DNA of 63,896 nucleotides, filler included, from Octopus bimaculoides (lineage: Eukaryota): NCBI RefSeq assembly GCF_001194135.2. It is 7 parts of 6 records of this genome, joined end to end, with 100 filler letters (N's around TTAATTAATTAA, not from the genome) between each part and the next. Parts side by side here need not be neighbours in the genome. Positions count along the whole stretch, not along the records: positions 9,173 to 26,815 come from NC_069001.1; positions 26,916 to 37,640 come from NC_068984.1; 5 more parts are not named here. The stretch is one strand, 5' to 3'. This document shows, piece after piece, positions 14,177 through 28,094 of the stretch. The first letter of the stretch is position 1, and each line of letters opens with the position of its first letter. The notes beneath the pieces are model-generated. The model was not told where the DNA came from and did no database searches. It was given only the letters and a program-made list of their open reading frames with translations. Made by a program: the position numbers and the translations under genes.

Positions 14177-14661
14177 TGTGTGTATAAATACATGTGTCTG
14201 TGTGAAAATATACATATATGTGTGTGTGTGTATGTATGTGTATTCTAAGAGGTTTATGATGAATATGCAGGTTTAATATCCCAGCATGATTTCTAAAGCA
14301 CAAAAATTATCGCAATGATGATGTTTTTTAAGACTACGTATGGTTCAGTACATTGTAATATGCTCTAATATGAATATTTTGATGTATTAGCACTACTTCA
14401 ATTTTATTTTATTTTACATAATATATAATGTGAGAATATAGTTTAGTGTCCCTTCGTATATAGATTGGGATTTAAAATGTTTGCTTGTGCTTATGTGCCT
14501 CTGTGTGTGAATGTGTGTGTGTGTGTGTGTGTGTGTGTGTCTGTGTGTCTGTATGCATGTGTGTGTGTGAGTGTGTGAGTGTGTGTAGGAATGAATGTGT
14601 ATGGTTGTCATCGTTTTATATATATGTAGGCAGGTATAAATTGGTCGCATTTATCCCAATC

Positions 14662-14744
<83 letters not shown>

Positions 14745-15484
14745 TTATATTCATATATATGCATGTGTGTATGTGTATATATATATATGTATGTATAAAG
14801 TGTGCATGTGTATATATATATATGTGTGTATGTAAAATCTATATTTATACACATACACACACACATACACACACATACACACACCCACATTGCATATATC
14901 ATCATTTCATTTGACTTCTGCTTCCCATGCTGGCATGGACCCAACAGCTTGACAGGATCCAAGGGACCAGAGGACCCTGTCTAGTTTCAGCTTCTCAGTT
15001 CTGGCATGGCTTCTATGATTAGATGCTCTTCCTGATGCCAACCACTTTACAGAGCGTACTGAGTGAGATGGTTTTATGTCTGGTATTGAGAAGGGCAGGA
15101 ACATCTGGCCAATGCTCTAATGATCCATTCTAGCCTAATCCATCATCAAGTGCAAAGTAGGGAGCAGAAACACTAGTTGTTGTTGCTGTGTTTTTTTTTG
15201 TTTTTACATCAGCCACAGAAATTAGTGATAACACTAATTAGTGTCTTTGATTAATGAATTCGACTACACAGTAATTGTAGCCACTGCATTGTAAAAGTTG
15301 AACTCGTGATTGTAGGGGTGGGTAGGGAATGGGGGAGGGGCTCAGCAATCAGAGGATTGAGCTAAAAGATGGAGGAAACAGTATTGATGAATGAAGGAGA
15401 GATAACGAGCGAAGTGGCTCTGGATAGCAAAAAAAAAAAAGAAAAAAACAGTGTCAAGGAAGAATGACAGCTAGGGAACGACAG

Positions 15485-15755
15485 CTAGAAAGCATTTTTT
15501 GCCTTCATAATCTTTGACAACTATATCTGGTCTATTTGCCTTAATTTCTCTATCTGTGTGTATTGGCATATCCCAGAGTATGGTTGCTTTCTCGTTTTCT
15601 GTGACCTTTTCTGGCGTGTGTTTATACCATCTTTTTTTCTGTTGTTATTCCATTGTGCTGGCATAGCTTCCAGTGTATATAGGTCCCAACTCTGTCGTGT
15701 CTGTGAATATATTCCTTCTTAGCCAGGACTGGGCAGCCAGAGATAATATGATTTA
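15485..15755 (-). mobile_element. R4/Dong-like non-LTR retrotransposon fragment (CCHC knuckle plus REL endonuclease)
   Basis: INHIISGCPVLAKKEYIHRHDRVGTYIHWKLCQH then, after a frameshift, WYKHTPEKVTENEKATILWDMPIHTDREIKANRPDIVVKD (PD catalytic motif). The 5' junction abuts a (TAA)n array. Confidence 0.85.
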
Positions 15756-15769
15756 TTATTATTATCATA

Positions 15770-15807
<38 letters not shown>

Positions 15808-16441
15808 CATCATCATTATGATGTGTGTGTGTGTGTGTGTGTGTGTAACATCAAAATCATTTAACTTCTATTTTCCATGCTCAATGGTGCAAACAGGAAA
15901 CTACATGTGCCAGAGAAACTACATTCAGTTCCAATGTTTGTGGTGGTAGGCTTCCTAAGGATGGATGCCTTCAAAATACCGACCATGCGACAGAGCATAC
16001 TGGGTGCTTTGTCCACGGTAGCAGCAGCAGCAGTAGCTGAGAGGTCATTGAGTAACTTGCCAGACAAGATCCCTCTCTAAGTGGGGGTACAGTATGAGGT
16101 GAATGAGGTGGGATTGTTCCAGGTGTATGATAGAGGAACAGAAACATGCATCTTGCTCTTGGGGAGAGACCTGGCTGCCCTAGCAAGAAAGAGAGAAAGG
16201 GATGGGGGGGGTGTACCCTTAAGGTAGAAAATGGGTCTAAGAATAACTGGGGATAGAGGATCAGGGATGTGTAAATGGGTAGGTTTGTAAGGAAATGAAA
16301 GGAGAATAGAGATGGTCAGAGATGGGGTAAAATGTGGGATGGGGGTGAGAGAAGGAGACACAGTAGCAGAGATAGAACTCAGAGGTGTATAGCTATAAGT
16401 ATGTATAAACGTACATACATATATATATAAAATATATATAT

Positions 16442-16497
<56 letters not shown>

Positions 16498-16729
16498 TAC
16501 ATCCATACAAACATAAAGATACATATATGCATAAATATATATACATATGTACATATATTTATACTTGTGTTTATGTACATATGCATGAATGCTTGTATTT
16601 AAATATTTACATGTATATATAAATATGTACATGTGTTTCTCTGTGTGTGTGTGTGTGTGTATGTGTGTGTATGTATGTGTGCAATATATATATATATATA
16701 CACACATATATACATATATACACACAAAC

Positions 16730-16778
<49 letters not shown>

Positions 16779-17362
16779 TATATATATATATTTAAACCTT
16801 GCACTTATGCATGTCAGTGTACTGTACTAATTACTTTGTGTAATTTAAGTTTGCTGCCTCATTTCTGAGATCATACCCCACTGGGAGTGACTTCATATTT
16901 TCTTTCCCTCAGGGGTCCAATGAAATTGGCAGTCTTAGAATTTGTGGTTTGATTCCTTCACATCAATTTTATATCTTTCTCATAACCAACGAAAAGCAAA
17001 CTACACACACACATACCCACATACATACACATATATGTGTGTGTGTGTGTGCGCATGTTTCTGTGTGAATAAATATATATATACATACATACATATATAT
17101 ATAAGTGTGTAAATATATCATATACAAACACGTGAACATATAGAAAACCCCCCTCATCATCCTCATCAGTAGCAGCAGCATCACCATAGGCATAATCATC
17201 ACCATTACACATCTGGGGAGTGGTTTCGTTCCTACTTTCTAACATGGTGTCATGTCTTAGATATTTGGCACACACACACTATATGTATATATATGTATAT
17301 ATATATGGGAGAATATACAAAAAATAACAACAGACGAGGACAGNNNNNNNNNNATATATATA

Positions 17363-17393
<31 letters not shown>

Positions 17394-17549
17394 GCAGGCA
17401 GGCAGGCAGACCGTCAGACAGACAGATAGATAGATAGATATATAGACAGAGACATGTATACACACACACACACATATACATAACGTATACATACAGCCAT
17501 ATACACTTACACATACATACATACTTATACATACACATATGTGTGCGTG

Positions 17550-17641
<92 letters not shown>

Positions 17642-18099
17642 NNNNNNNNNNGAGAAAGAGAAAGAGAAAGAGAAAGACACACACACACATACATGCTTGC
17701 AGATGTTCAAAGCAAAACATTAGCCACAATTAACCCATATAATGAGTGCGTCCCCCCTCCATCTTCTTCCCCCCTCCTCCTCCTCCAGCTACATAAAGGT
17801 CTCTAACAACAGCATAACACTATGTGACTTTTAAGGAGAAGATGTGTGTGTGTATGTATCTCCACGTGTGTGTGTGTTTGGTTGAATTAATTACTCCACC
17901 TCCCCAACTATTTTGTCACTGTTTATTCTAGTGATTCCCCATTTCCACTCCTAGGTGAAAGGATGAAATTATATAAAATTGTCCTTACTAAGATTTGAAC
18001 CCAGACCACTTGTAAAGGTGGGGTGTTGGGCAGGCTAGGTGGGATTTGCAACTAAACACTACACAGCAACACATTCAGTACAGAACATCTGTTTCTTCC

Positions 18100-18530
18100 C
18101 ATAGGTACATCTCTGATCACGAGCAGAAGTAGTGGGGGAGCATCGTAGCCATGTGCTGAGAGGAATTCTCTGGGTTTTGAATAATTCACCTTTGGAAACT
18201 TGGGTGTTTCATTCAACATCCTTGAACAGCCCTTATTCAGGGACCTTTTGAGTGGGATGGGTTACTTGACCCCAAAAAAATTCTAACTGGGCCCCACCTG
18301 CAAGGGCATGTGCTGTTTATCTTGATATGAGATGACCATATCGCGTACATATGGTTGTGATGCATGTNNNNNNNNNNATCGCGTACATATGGTTGTGATG
18401 CATGTGCCTGGTGTACCCTTATCAGACGGGTAGTCATGATGGGTATACTGGGCTTCGCATATTTGTAGCCCAGGGTCACTTTGATGGCATGCGCTGCTCT
18501 TTCACTCAATAATAATAATAACAATAATAT
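18100..18530 (+). mobile_element. Family B repeat copy
   Basis: Aligns to 9950-10335. Contains a 10-N gap with duplicated flanks. Confidence 0.75.
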
Positions 18531-18559
18531 TTTGTACTACAAGTACTAGGCCTGAAGTT

Positions 18560-18765
18560 TTATGGGGAAGGGGGGGTAGAGAATTATATCAACCCCCCAC
18601 CCCCACCCAACCCCCGTGCTTTAGTGGTATTTATTTTATCAACAACAAAAGGGTGTAAGGCAAAGTGAACCTTGGCAGAATTTGAACTCAGGATGTAAAG
18701 ATGGAAAGAAACGCTATAAAGCATGTTGTCTAATGCACTAACAATCCTACCAGTTAAACTATTTT
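18560..18765 (-). mobile_element. SINE family C, CpG-decayed copy
   Basis: Reverse complement of the family C head and core (ttgaactcaggatgtaaag...gcactaacaatcctaccag). Confidence 0.55.
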
Positions 18766-18857
18766 CATCATCACCAACATCACCGTCACTACCATCATCA
18801 TCATCATCATCATCATCGTCATCATCATTGTCATCATCATCATCATCATCACCATCG

Positions 18858-18893
<36 letters not shown>

Positions 18894-18935
18894 CCATCGT
18901 CAACATCATCATCATCATCATCATCATCACCATCG

Positions 18936-18966
<31 letters not shown>

Positions 18967-20084
18967 TATCATCATTTATATCACCGCTATTGCAACCACC
19001 AATACTGTCATTACTACCACCATCATCGTCATCATCACCGTCGTCATCATCATGCTGTAGCTTAAGCAGATAATTAATAAGAGTTAATTATCAAAGTAAA
19101 GTTTGTAATTGAAAAGTGTGACACTTGCTAAAGTTGGCACAGGCACATATGCACACATGCACGCACACACACACGCGCACACGCATACACACATATACAC
19201 TCATGCATGCATACACACACATATGCACACGCACACATGCACACACTCACACACACATCCACAAATACACACACACATGCACACACACATGCACACACAC
19301 ATACACACATCCACAAATACACACACATGATTACACACATGCACACACACATATGCACACGCATATACACATCCACCCATCCACATACACGCACATACAT
19401 AGAACTGCATACACTTATATCCATATACACAAATGCACTCATACATATGCATGCACACATACACACACATACACACACACACGCACACACACACATATAC
19501 ATATGCACATATGGACATATACACTCACACAAATGCTTGAATATGTATACATAAATATACACACATAAACACACCACAAATACCTGCATACATTGGCATA
19601 CACACACACACGCATACACACCTCCATGCATACTCAGACATTGTAATGACAAGATGGCCATAGGTCGTTTGGTTAACGAGTTTAATTAGTGCTCTAAATT
19701 AGTTGAAGTAAATTCTCAGTGAATCAAGCCAAACAGACTGTTTTCTTAAACTTTGTCTTTCATCCCTGGTGTTCTTGGTTTAGGCATGAACGCCACACAC
19801 TCACCCTCACACCTCAAATGCCATCTGGGGACTGAGGACCTGATGTTGTTGTTGTTCTCATTCTTATTGCTCAGTCCCTCGATCAATTCTGATTGAGCTA
19901 ACCATCACTATCATCACCACCACCACTGCCATCATCATCATCATCATCTTCCTCATCCTCATCATCACCACCACCGGCACTGCTCTCATCATCATCATCA
20001 TCATTGCCATAGTCCCTAATATCATCATCATCATCATCATCATCATCATCGTCATCGTCATCGTCATCGTTGCTATCACAGCCA

Positions 20085-20345
20085 GCAGACTAAGGTGTCA
20101 TTCGTTTACTGGTCATGCTTCAAGGACCCTGCGAAGAATTCTTGCAGTTCTAAGCAATGCTGATTTTTGTACGTGTTCTACCTTCACACTTGCACCAGTC
20201 TTTTTCAGCCATGTTGGTAGTTGAGTGCCGATACTTCCAACTGCACCATTTACTATTGGTATCTCGTCTATTCTCTTCATTGACCACAACCTTCGCATTT
20301 CCCACTTTAAATCATCGTAGTTGTATATTTTTTTCTTCTTCCTAC
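20085..20345 (-). mobile_element. R4/Dong-like LINE 3' end (REL C-terminus and start of 3' UTR)
   Basis: YDDLKWEMRRLWSMKRIDEIPIVNGAVGSIGTQLPTWLKKTGASVKVEHVQKSALLRTARILRRVLEA* matches the KY.DL..E..R.W....V.PIV.GALG...QK.ALLGTARILR.VL pattern. The 5' side abuts (TAA)n. Confidence 0.85.
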
Positions 20346-20375
20346 ACATTGATCCTGTTATTATTATCATTATTA

Positions 20376-20415
<40 letters not shown>

Positions 20416-20495
20416 TATTAAGGCAGTCAGCTGGCAGAACAGTTAGCGTGCCAGGCANNNNNNNNNNATTGATCCTGTTATTATTATCATTATTA

Positions 20496-20535
<40 letters not shown>

Positions 20536-20540
20536 TATTA

Positions 20541-21110
20541 AGGCAGTCAGCTGGCAGAACAGTTAGCGTGCCAGGCAAAATGCTCAGCAGCATTTCATCC
20601 ATCTTTACATTCTGAGTTCAAATTCCACCAAAGTCGACTTTGCCCTTCGTCCTTTTCAGAGTCAATGGAAGGAGCACCAGTCAAGCACCGGGTGTTGATG
20701 TAATCAATTAGTCCTCTCTTCCCAAGTCTCAAGCCTTCTGCCTGTAGCAGAAATAATTTTTAAAGGTGATGAGCTGGTGGAACCATTAGCGTGCCACACA
20801 AAATACTTAGCAGCATTTTGTTTGTCTTCACGTTCTGAGTTCAAATTCTGTCAAGGCCACTTTTGCCTGTCATCATTTCAAGATAGACAAGAAAAGTGCC
20901 GGTCAGTGTGATCCCTTATCCTCCCACCCCAGAATTCCAGGCCTTGTACTATTATGAAGAGGGTAAGCTAAAGTCATTTGACAGACAAAATACTAACTGA
21001 TATTTCTTCCAATTCTCTGTGTTCTAAGTTCAAAATCTGCCGAAGCTGAGTTCCCCTTCCATCCTTTTGAAGTCAATATGAGTACCTGTTAAACACTGGG
21101 GGTCAAGGTA
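20541..21110 (+). mobile_element. Three tandem CpG-decayed copies of SINE family C
   Basis: Repeated aaggc/tg..gagctggcaga..gttagc..gttctgagttcaaatt..gactttgcc..tcatcc units at ~20541, ~20762 and ~20965. Confidence 0.7.
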
Positions 21111-21436
21111 TCTGTTATCTGTTAAATGAGTATCTAGGGATCAAGGTAATATAATGAATATCTGTTAAACCCTAGGGTCAAAGTAATCAAATTACTCCCT
21201 TCTTGAAAATTTCAGGACTTGTGCCTATACTACAGAGTAATTGTTGTTGTTGTTGTATAACATCGTTAATTACCAGCTGTCAACGAATGAGATTTGAACA
21301 ATTAATAACAACTTCTAATGTTGTTTTTGATTTATTTTTGTTTTGTGTTTTTAAGATTATTTTTCCATCTGGTTCAAGGTTTAAGGGTTTTCTGCGTGTG
21401 TTTAATGTAGAATTACAAGAATTCATGACACTTCAC

Positions 21437-21473
<37 letters not shown>

Positions 21474-21483
21474 NNNNNNNNNN

Positions 21484-21526
<43 letters not shown>

Positions 21527-22367
21527 TACATACATATATGTGTGTGTGCGTGTGTATATATAAAATGTATGTATACATTTGTAGCTTGCACATGCATGTG
21601 CATATACATATGTATAAACACACACACACACACACATATATGTATGCATACATATATCTATATCTATATAAATATGTATATATATGTGTGCGTGTATGTG
21701 TTCAAATGCACACACGCAGCCATAACGCAATACATACTCACAAGCACAACACATGTGGGCATGGAAAGCAGACATTAGATGATGATGATGATGATGATGA
21801 TGTGTATGTGGGTATGTATGTATCCACATACAATATTAAAAACCAAAGAAAAGTTAAGACAAAGAAAACGATATATAATAAAGCCTGCAGGCGATGGAAT
21901 TGTTCTTCTCAACATGTACGTCCCTGCTGTTAGTTTTGTTGTTGTTGTTGTTGTTGTTGTTGACTGAAGGATGTACTGTACCTGTTTCCGTTGACAACCG
22001 CTGAGTCTGAGAGTAAATATGAAATATACTGAGGAGAGATGAAAACTAAATATTCCTTGAAATGGATAAAAAAATATCATAATAATAATAATGATAATAG
22101 TAATAATAATAATAAATTTATGATAGTAATAATAGTGATGACGATGATGATGATGATGATGATAACGATGGTGGTGAGGAGGAAACAAAAAAATTGGCTT
22201 TTAGCTTATCTGCAACACATTGTCTATAAGAGAGTGTGTGTATGTGTGTGTGCATGTGTGTGTGCATGGTGTGTGTGTGTGTATGTGTGTGCATGTATGT
22301 GTGCATTTAATACATACACTTACATTTTCACACATACACACACATATATGTACATTGTAAATCTGCA

Positions 22368-22407
<40 letters not shown>

Positions 22408-23237
22408 TAGTGTATTTGGTGTGTACCTCACTATAATAGGTGTACGACTGCTGCTGTGAGAGCTTCAATAAAATGTTCCCTGATGGTCCATTCTGGAGAG
22501 GCATCCAAACGGCCTTAGCTTTTACTAACTGGTACCATGACCACCACTTGCTATTAACAGCTAACACTTCCACAACTACCACCACTATTACTTTGACAAG
22601 TCATCACTACTTCTACAACCAATACTAGAACCAATACTATCAACTATGTTATAACACTCTTCCACCATGGCCACCACCACCAACAACAAAATGAACAGCA
22701 ACAGCAACAGCTCTGCTGCCACCATCACTCCTGCCAAACATTCCGCTATCAACACCACCACCAACACCACCATCAACACCACCATCACCACATCCATCAC
22801 TTCCAACACTACCACCATCACCATCACCATCACAACAACAACCATCATCACCACCGTAACCACCACCGCCACCACCATCATACCATCACTACCACTGCCA
22901 ATACCGCCCACCTACCAACAGTACCATCACTACCATCAATATGCAACCACACCCTTTTCACAACCACCACCACTACCATCACTTAAACCATTTCCACCCC
23001 CACCCCCCATCATCCTTTTCCCTCTCCCCTCTCCTCCCCAACTCATCCTTCTCATGTCTAGAATTTTCTTCATTAACATAGTTACTAGTGATTGTTTAAT
23101 TAATGAAGTGTATGTCTGTGTGTATACACACACACATACAGACATATTAATGTGTGTGTGTTTGTATATATATATGTATGTGCATGTATATGTGTGTGTA
23201 CGTATATATATATATATATACAAATATATATATACAT

Positions 23238-23272
<35 letters not shown>

Positions 23273-23289
23273 CAAATATATGTATACAT

Positions 23290-23321
<32 letters not shown>

Positions 23322-23407
23322 GTATATAGACATATATATATACATATACATATATACATATATATATATTATACAAACATATTTAAATATATGCATATAT
23401 ATATATA

Positions 23408-23443
<36 letters not shown>

Positions 23444-24221
23444 NNNNNNNNNNNNNNNNNNNNNNNNNNNNNNNNNNNNNNNNNNNNNNNNNNNNNNNNN
23501 NNNNNNNNNNNNNNNNNNNNNNNNNNNNNNNNNNNNNNNNNNNNNNNNNNNNNNNNNNNNNNNNNNNNNNNNNNNNNNNNNNNNNNNNNNNNNNNNNNNN
23601 NNNNNNNNNNNNNNNNNNNNNNNNNNNNNNNNNNNNNNNNNNNNNNNNNNNNNNNNNNNNNNNNNNNNNNNNNNNNNNNNNNNNNNNNNNNNNNNNNNNN
23701 NNNNNNNNNNNNNNNNNNNNNNNNNNNNNNNNNNNNNNNNNNNNNNNNNNNNNNNNNNNNNNNNNNNNNNNNNNNNNNNNNNNNNNNNNNNNNNNNNNNN
23801 NNNNNNNNNNNNNNNNNNNNNNNNNNNNNNNNNNNNNNNNNNNNNNNNNNNNNNNNNNNNNNNNNNNNNNNNNNNNNNNNNNNNNNNNNNNNNNNNNNNN
23901 NNNNNNNNNNNNNNNNNNNNNNNNNNNNNNNNNNNNNNNNNNNNNNNNNNNNNNNNNNNNNNNNNNNNNNNNNNNNNNNNNNNNNNNNNNNNNNNNNNNN
24001 NNNNNNNNNNNNNNNNNNNNNNNNNNNNNNNNNNNNNNNNNNNNNNNNNNNNNNNNNNNNNNNNNNNNNNNNNNNNNNNNNNNNNNNNNNNNNNNNNNNN
24101 NNNNNNNNNNNNNNNNNNNNNNNNNNNNNNNNNNNNNNNNNNNNNNNNNNNNNNNNNNNNNNNNNNNNNNNNNNNNNNNNNNNNNNNNNNNNNNNNNNNN
24201 NNNNNNNNNNNNNNNNNNNNN

Positions 24222-24270
<49 letters not shown>

Positions 24271-25094
24271 TCTCACACACATACATACATATATACACAC
24301 AGACACATAGATACATAAACATACACATATGTATACATACATATGCATACATATTTACATATGGGTACATATGCATGCATACATACATGTATATATGCAC
24401 ACACACACATATATATATGCTGAATAAATATATGTATGTGCATCTCAATGAATGTATAATATATATATGCACACACACACATACATATGCAGACGCATAC
24501 CCACACACACACACACACACATTCACATCCATATAATCACCTAACATGCTCGTATACATTATCCTCGCACCTTCTTCTGCTAACAATCAACTTAACTAAC
24601 CAATTAACTAATAGACCATCCACCACCACCACCACCACTACCATCTCCACTTTCAAGTATCACTCCTAACACCACCACCATCACATCTCCACCTTCTGGT
24701 CCACCACCATCACATCTCCCCCACCCCCACCAACCATCTTCAACCTCCATCACCACCACGACTTCCTTTGCCACCTTCAAACCCCCATGTTGTTTGCTAA
24801 ACTTCATGTTGTCGTCTTCGATTATTAAGTCCCAGCTCAGTCTGATTAACCTGATCTATGATTAAAGGCCATTCAAGCCATGAATGACCAGCTTATTCTT
24901 CTACCAAAGTGTATCTAGGAATACATAAAAAAATATGTCCCTTTTTCTTCTTTGTCTTAGAAGACTCCAGCATCCAAGATAAAGGGGTGTTAGGCTGCTA
25001 TTTTAGCAAATGGGTGACCACATAGGGACCTATTTTTATGAGAGGCCATACAGAACCAGCTGGCCCTTTTCGCCTGTTTTATTCATATTTTAAA

Positions 25095-25216
25095 TCCACT
25101 CATAAGGCTTTGCTCAACCTGGAGTTATAGAAGAAGAGACTTGCCCAAGGTGCCATACAGTGGGACTGAACCCGGCACCACGTGGTAGGGAAGCATGCTT
25201 CTTACCACACAGCCCC
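25095..25216 (-). mobile_element. SINE family A fragment
   Basis: Reverse complement of the 45250-45380 head region. Confidence 0.65.
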
Positions 25217-25226
25217 TCCTGTGTAA

Positions 25227-25400
25227 ATGAAGGTGCATGGTTTAGTGGTTAGGGTGTTCAACTCACAATCGTAAAGTGGTGAGTTCAATTCCCTGTAGCG
25301 TGTTGTGTCCTTGGGCAAGACACTTTATTTCACGTTGCTCAAATCCACTCAGCTGGCAGAAACGAGCTGCACTTGTAATTCGCAGGGCCATTCTTGTCCT
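25227..25400 (+). mobile_element. SINE family D2 head and central domain, CpG-decayed
   Basis: ggtgcatggtttagtggttagggtgttcaactcac..gtgtccttgggcaagacactttatttcacgttgctc aligns to the reverse complement of 34330-34455. Confidence 0.7.
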
Positions 25401-26270
25401 ATTCTTCTTACCCCATCATCTGAATCCCCTTATTCTCGATATAACAATCCCACCACTACCCACCACCACAAACTTCACCGTCACCACCACTTCCACCACC
25501 ATTATCATCACCATCCTAATCACCACCATCATCTCCACTTCTATCACCACCAACACCACCACCACCACCGCTACTAGCACTGCCACCACCACCACCACCA
25601 CCACCACCACCACCATCATCAACACTATCATCAGCACTAACACCAACTTACCCAGACTGTATGGTGACGGTGGTAGTGGAAAGGTGGTGGTGGCAGTGGT
25701 GGAGAGGTATAGGGGGGAAGGGGGTTGAATGGGAAGTGTGGCAGGAGGTGATGGGGGATTAAATGAAAATGGTGGCACTGGGGCTGTGGGCGTGTGAGGA
25801 GTTGTTTCTGAGCTTAACCTGGTCTCTACTGATAATTCCATATTACAATCTCAGATAATTCCACACAACAGACGCTGCTCTGCCTCTTCCTCCTCCTCTG
25901 CCGCCGCCACCACCGCCACCTCTACACACACATGCCCACCCATGCCGCCTTCACTGCAGCCGCCATTGCCCCCCCACAAGCTGTATGCTGCGCATGGTGG
26001 AGTGGGGGAGGCTGGAGGAGATTACTGGAGGTGTGGCATTAGTTTGGATGGAGGTGATGGGAACAGACGCATGCATACGCATGCATACACGTTGCAGTTA
26101 GAGAAAAGGAAAGGAAAAGGAACAGACAGCTGCATTCTTGCATGTGTGTGTGTGCATGTGCGTGTGTGTGCGGATATGTCTGTCTATTCAAAAATTCCTT
26201 CACAAATACATTAGTCATAAATGTATGGATGTATGTATGTGCATATACATAAAAAGTATATGTATGTTTA

Positions 26271-26329
<59 letters not shown>

Positions 26330-26510
26330 NNNNNNNNNNNNNNNNNNNNNNNNNNNNNNNNNNNNNNNNNNNNNNNNNNNACACACACACACATATGTAT
26401 GTATATATATATATGTATGTATATATATATATGTATGTATTTATATATATATATATATAATATATATATTTATATATATATACATATTTATATATACATA
26501 TATATATATA

Positions 26511-26619
<109 letters not shown>

Positions 26620-26984
26620 ATACATAAATACACAAATATGTTTACATCAGCATATTCATTTTTCTATGTATATAATTATATACATAATACATATACATAT
26701 TATATATTATATGTATAGCATCATCATTGTATATAAAATGTGTACGTATGTATGTATGTGTGTGTATATGTATGTACATATATATATATATATATATAGG
26801 TTAAAAAAAAAGAAANNNNNNNNNNNNNNNNNNNNNNNNNNNNNNNNNNNNNNNNNNNNTTAATTAATTAANNNNNNNNNNNNNNNNNNNNNNNNNNNNN
26901 NNNNNNNNNNNNNNNACACACACACACATATTATTAGTGGGTATGTGTGTATATACGTGTGTGTGTGTATACACATGATGATGG

Positions 26985-28005
26985 CCGTCCACTCGTGACC
27001 GAGGAAGACCATTGCCGACCTTCAGGAACATTGTGCGCTCTAGGACTAACTTATATTTTGCATTTGCAGCTCCGTTGGTGGCTAATAAGCCCTGCTCTTG
27101 ACAAGCATACACGACTGCAAACATTGCAGACCAAGCTTTCCCCATTCACTATACGAGCCGTGCGCTTTCGCGCAGCTCGCTTAAGTTCTTCAAGCTGAAT
27201 ACGTACTCACTCAAAAGTGTCGATCCCCTCCTTAACCTGCTTCCTCCATCCGTGGCGATGATAGGCATTGTTCTCCCAGTCAGTGTCCTGCATATCACAG
27301 GCCTTTAATGAGGACTTGACACAGTCCTTAAAGCGCAGCCTTGCTTTCTGCCGGTGTCTCCTTCCATTCACAAGTTCTCCATATAGCATCTGCTTAGGAA
27401 TCCTGCTATCCTTCATTCTAATAAGGTGTCCAGTCCAACGTAACCGGTGCTTGTGCACCATCGCCTCAATATTCAAGATATCAGCTGTCCTCAGGATCTG
27501 TGTGTCTGGAATTGTTGAGGTCCAGCCAACATTGAGAATGTGCCTGAGACATCTCTGATGAAAGCGTTTGTCCAGAGTCCATGTCTCACGTGAGTAGAGG
27601 AGCGATGTCAGTACACATACACGGTACACAGCAACTTTTGTTTGCCTTGCTATGCCATGCTGGGACCAGACACGAGACTGAAGAGACCGGAAGGAATTAG
27701 TTGCTCTCTGCAACCTGAAAGATATTTCCTCATCCAGGGAGCAAGAACGGCTGAATGTGCTGCCCAGGTAAACAAACTTGTCTACTACCTTCAACCAAGA
27801 TAGCTGGTTTCACATATGGATATCCTGGTGCAGGCTGGAACATTACAACAGTCTTGTCCAGGCTAATGTCAAGTCCAAATGCCTTGCAAGAAGCAGAAAT
27901 ACAATTCATGAGTATTTGCATGTCATTCACTGTATGAGTGACTAAGTCACAGTCGTCTGCATAAAGGAGGTCACGAATAATAGACTGGAGAACCTTTGAA
28001 TTGGC
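26985..28005 (-). mobile_element. RTE (BovB-like) LINE, 5'-truncated, one frameshift and one premature stop
   Basis: RDLLYADDCDLVTH (YADD), KFVYLGSTFS, LRWTGHLIRMKDSRIPKQMLYGEL, then after a TGA a C-terminal zinc finger CNVCSRVCLSRAGLISHQRSC, a short UTR and a catcat end. Confidence 0.9.
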
Positions 28006-28094
28006 ATACATACATACATACATATATACATACATATATACATACATACATATATACATACATACATATATACATACATATATACATACATACA

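Noticed and set aside
20074-20086. TATCACAGCCAGC matching the 5' 13 nt of miR-2
   Set aside because: The match stops at 13 nt, there is no hairpin partner, and it lies in the Dong-like 3' UTR.
19885-20090. Acidic frame on the minus strand (..DDDIRDYGNDDDDDESSAGGGDDEDEE..)
   Set aside because: A (GAT)n mosaic directly following a LINE 3' UTR; no proper acceptor.
21880-22560. Possible exons at ~21980-22006 (minus) and ~22440-22531 (either strand)
   Set aside because: Weak donors and no recognisable peptide; no consistent chain could be built.
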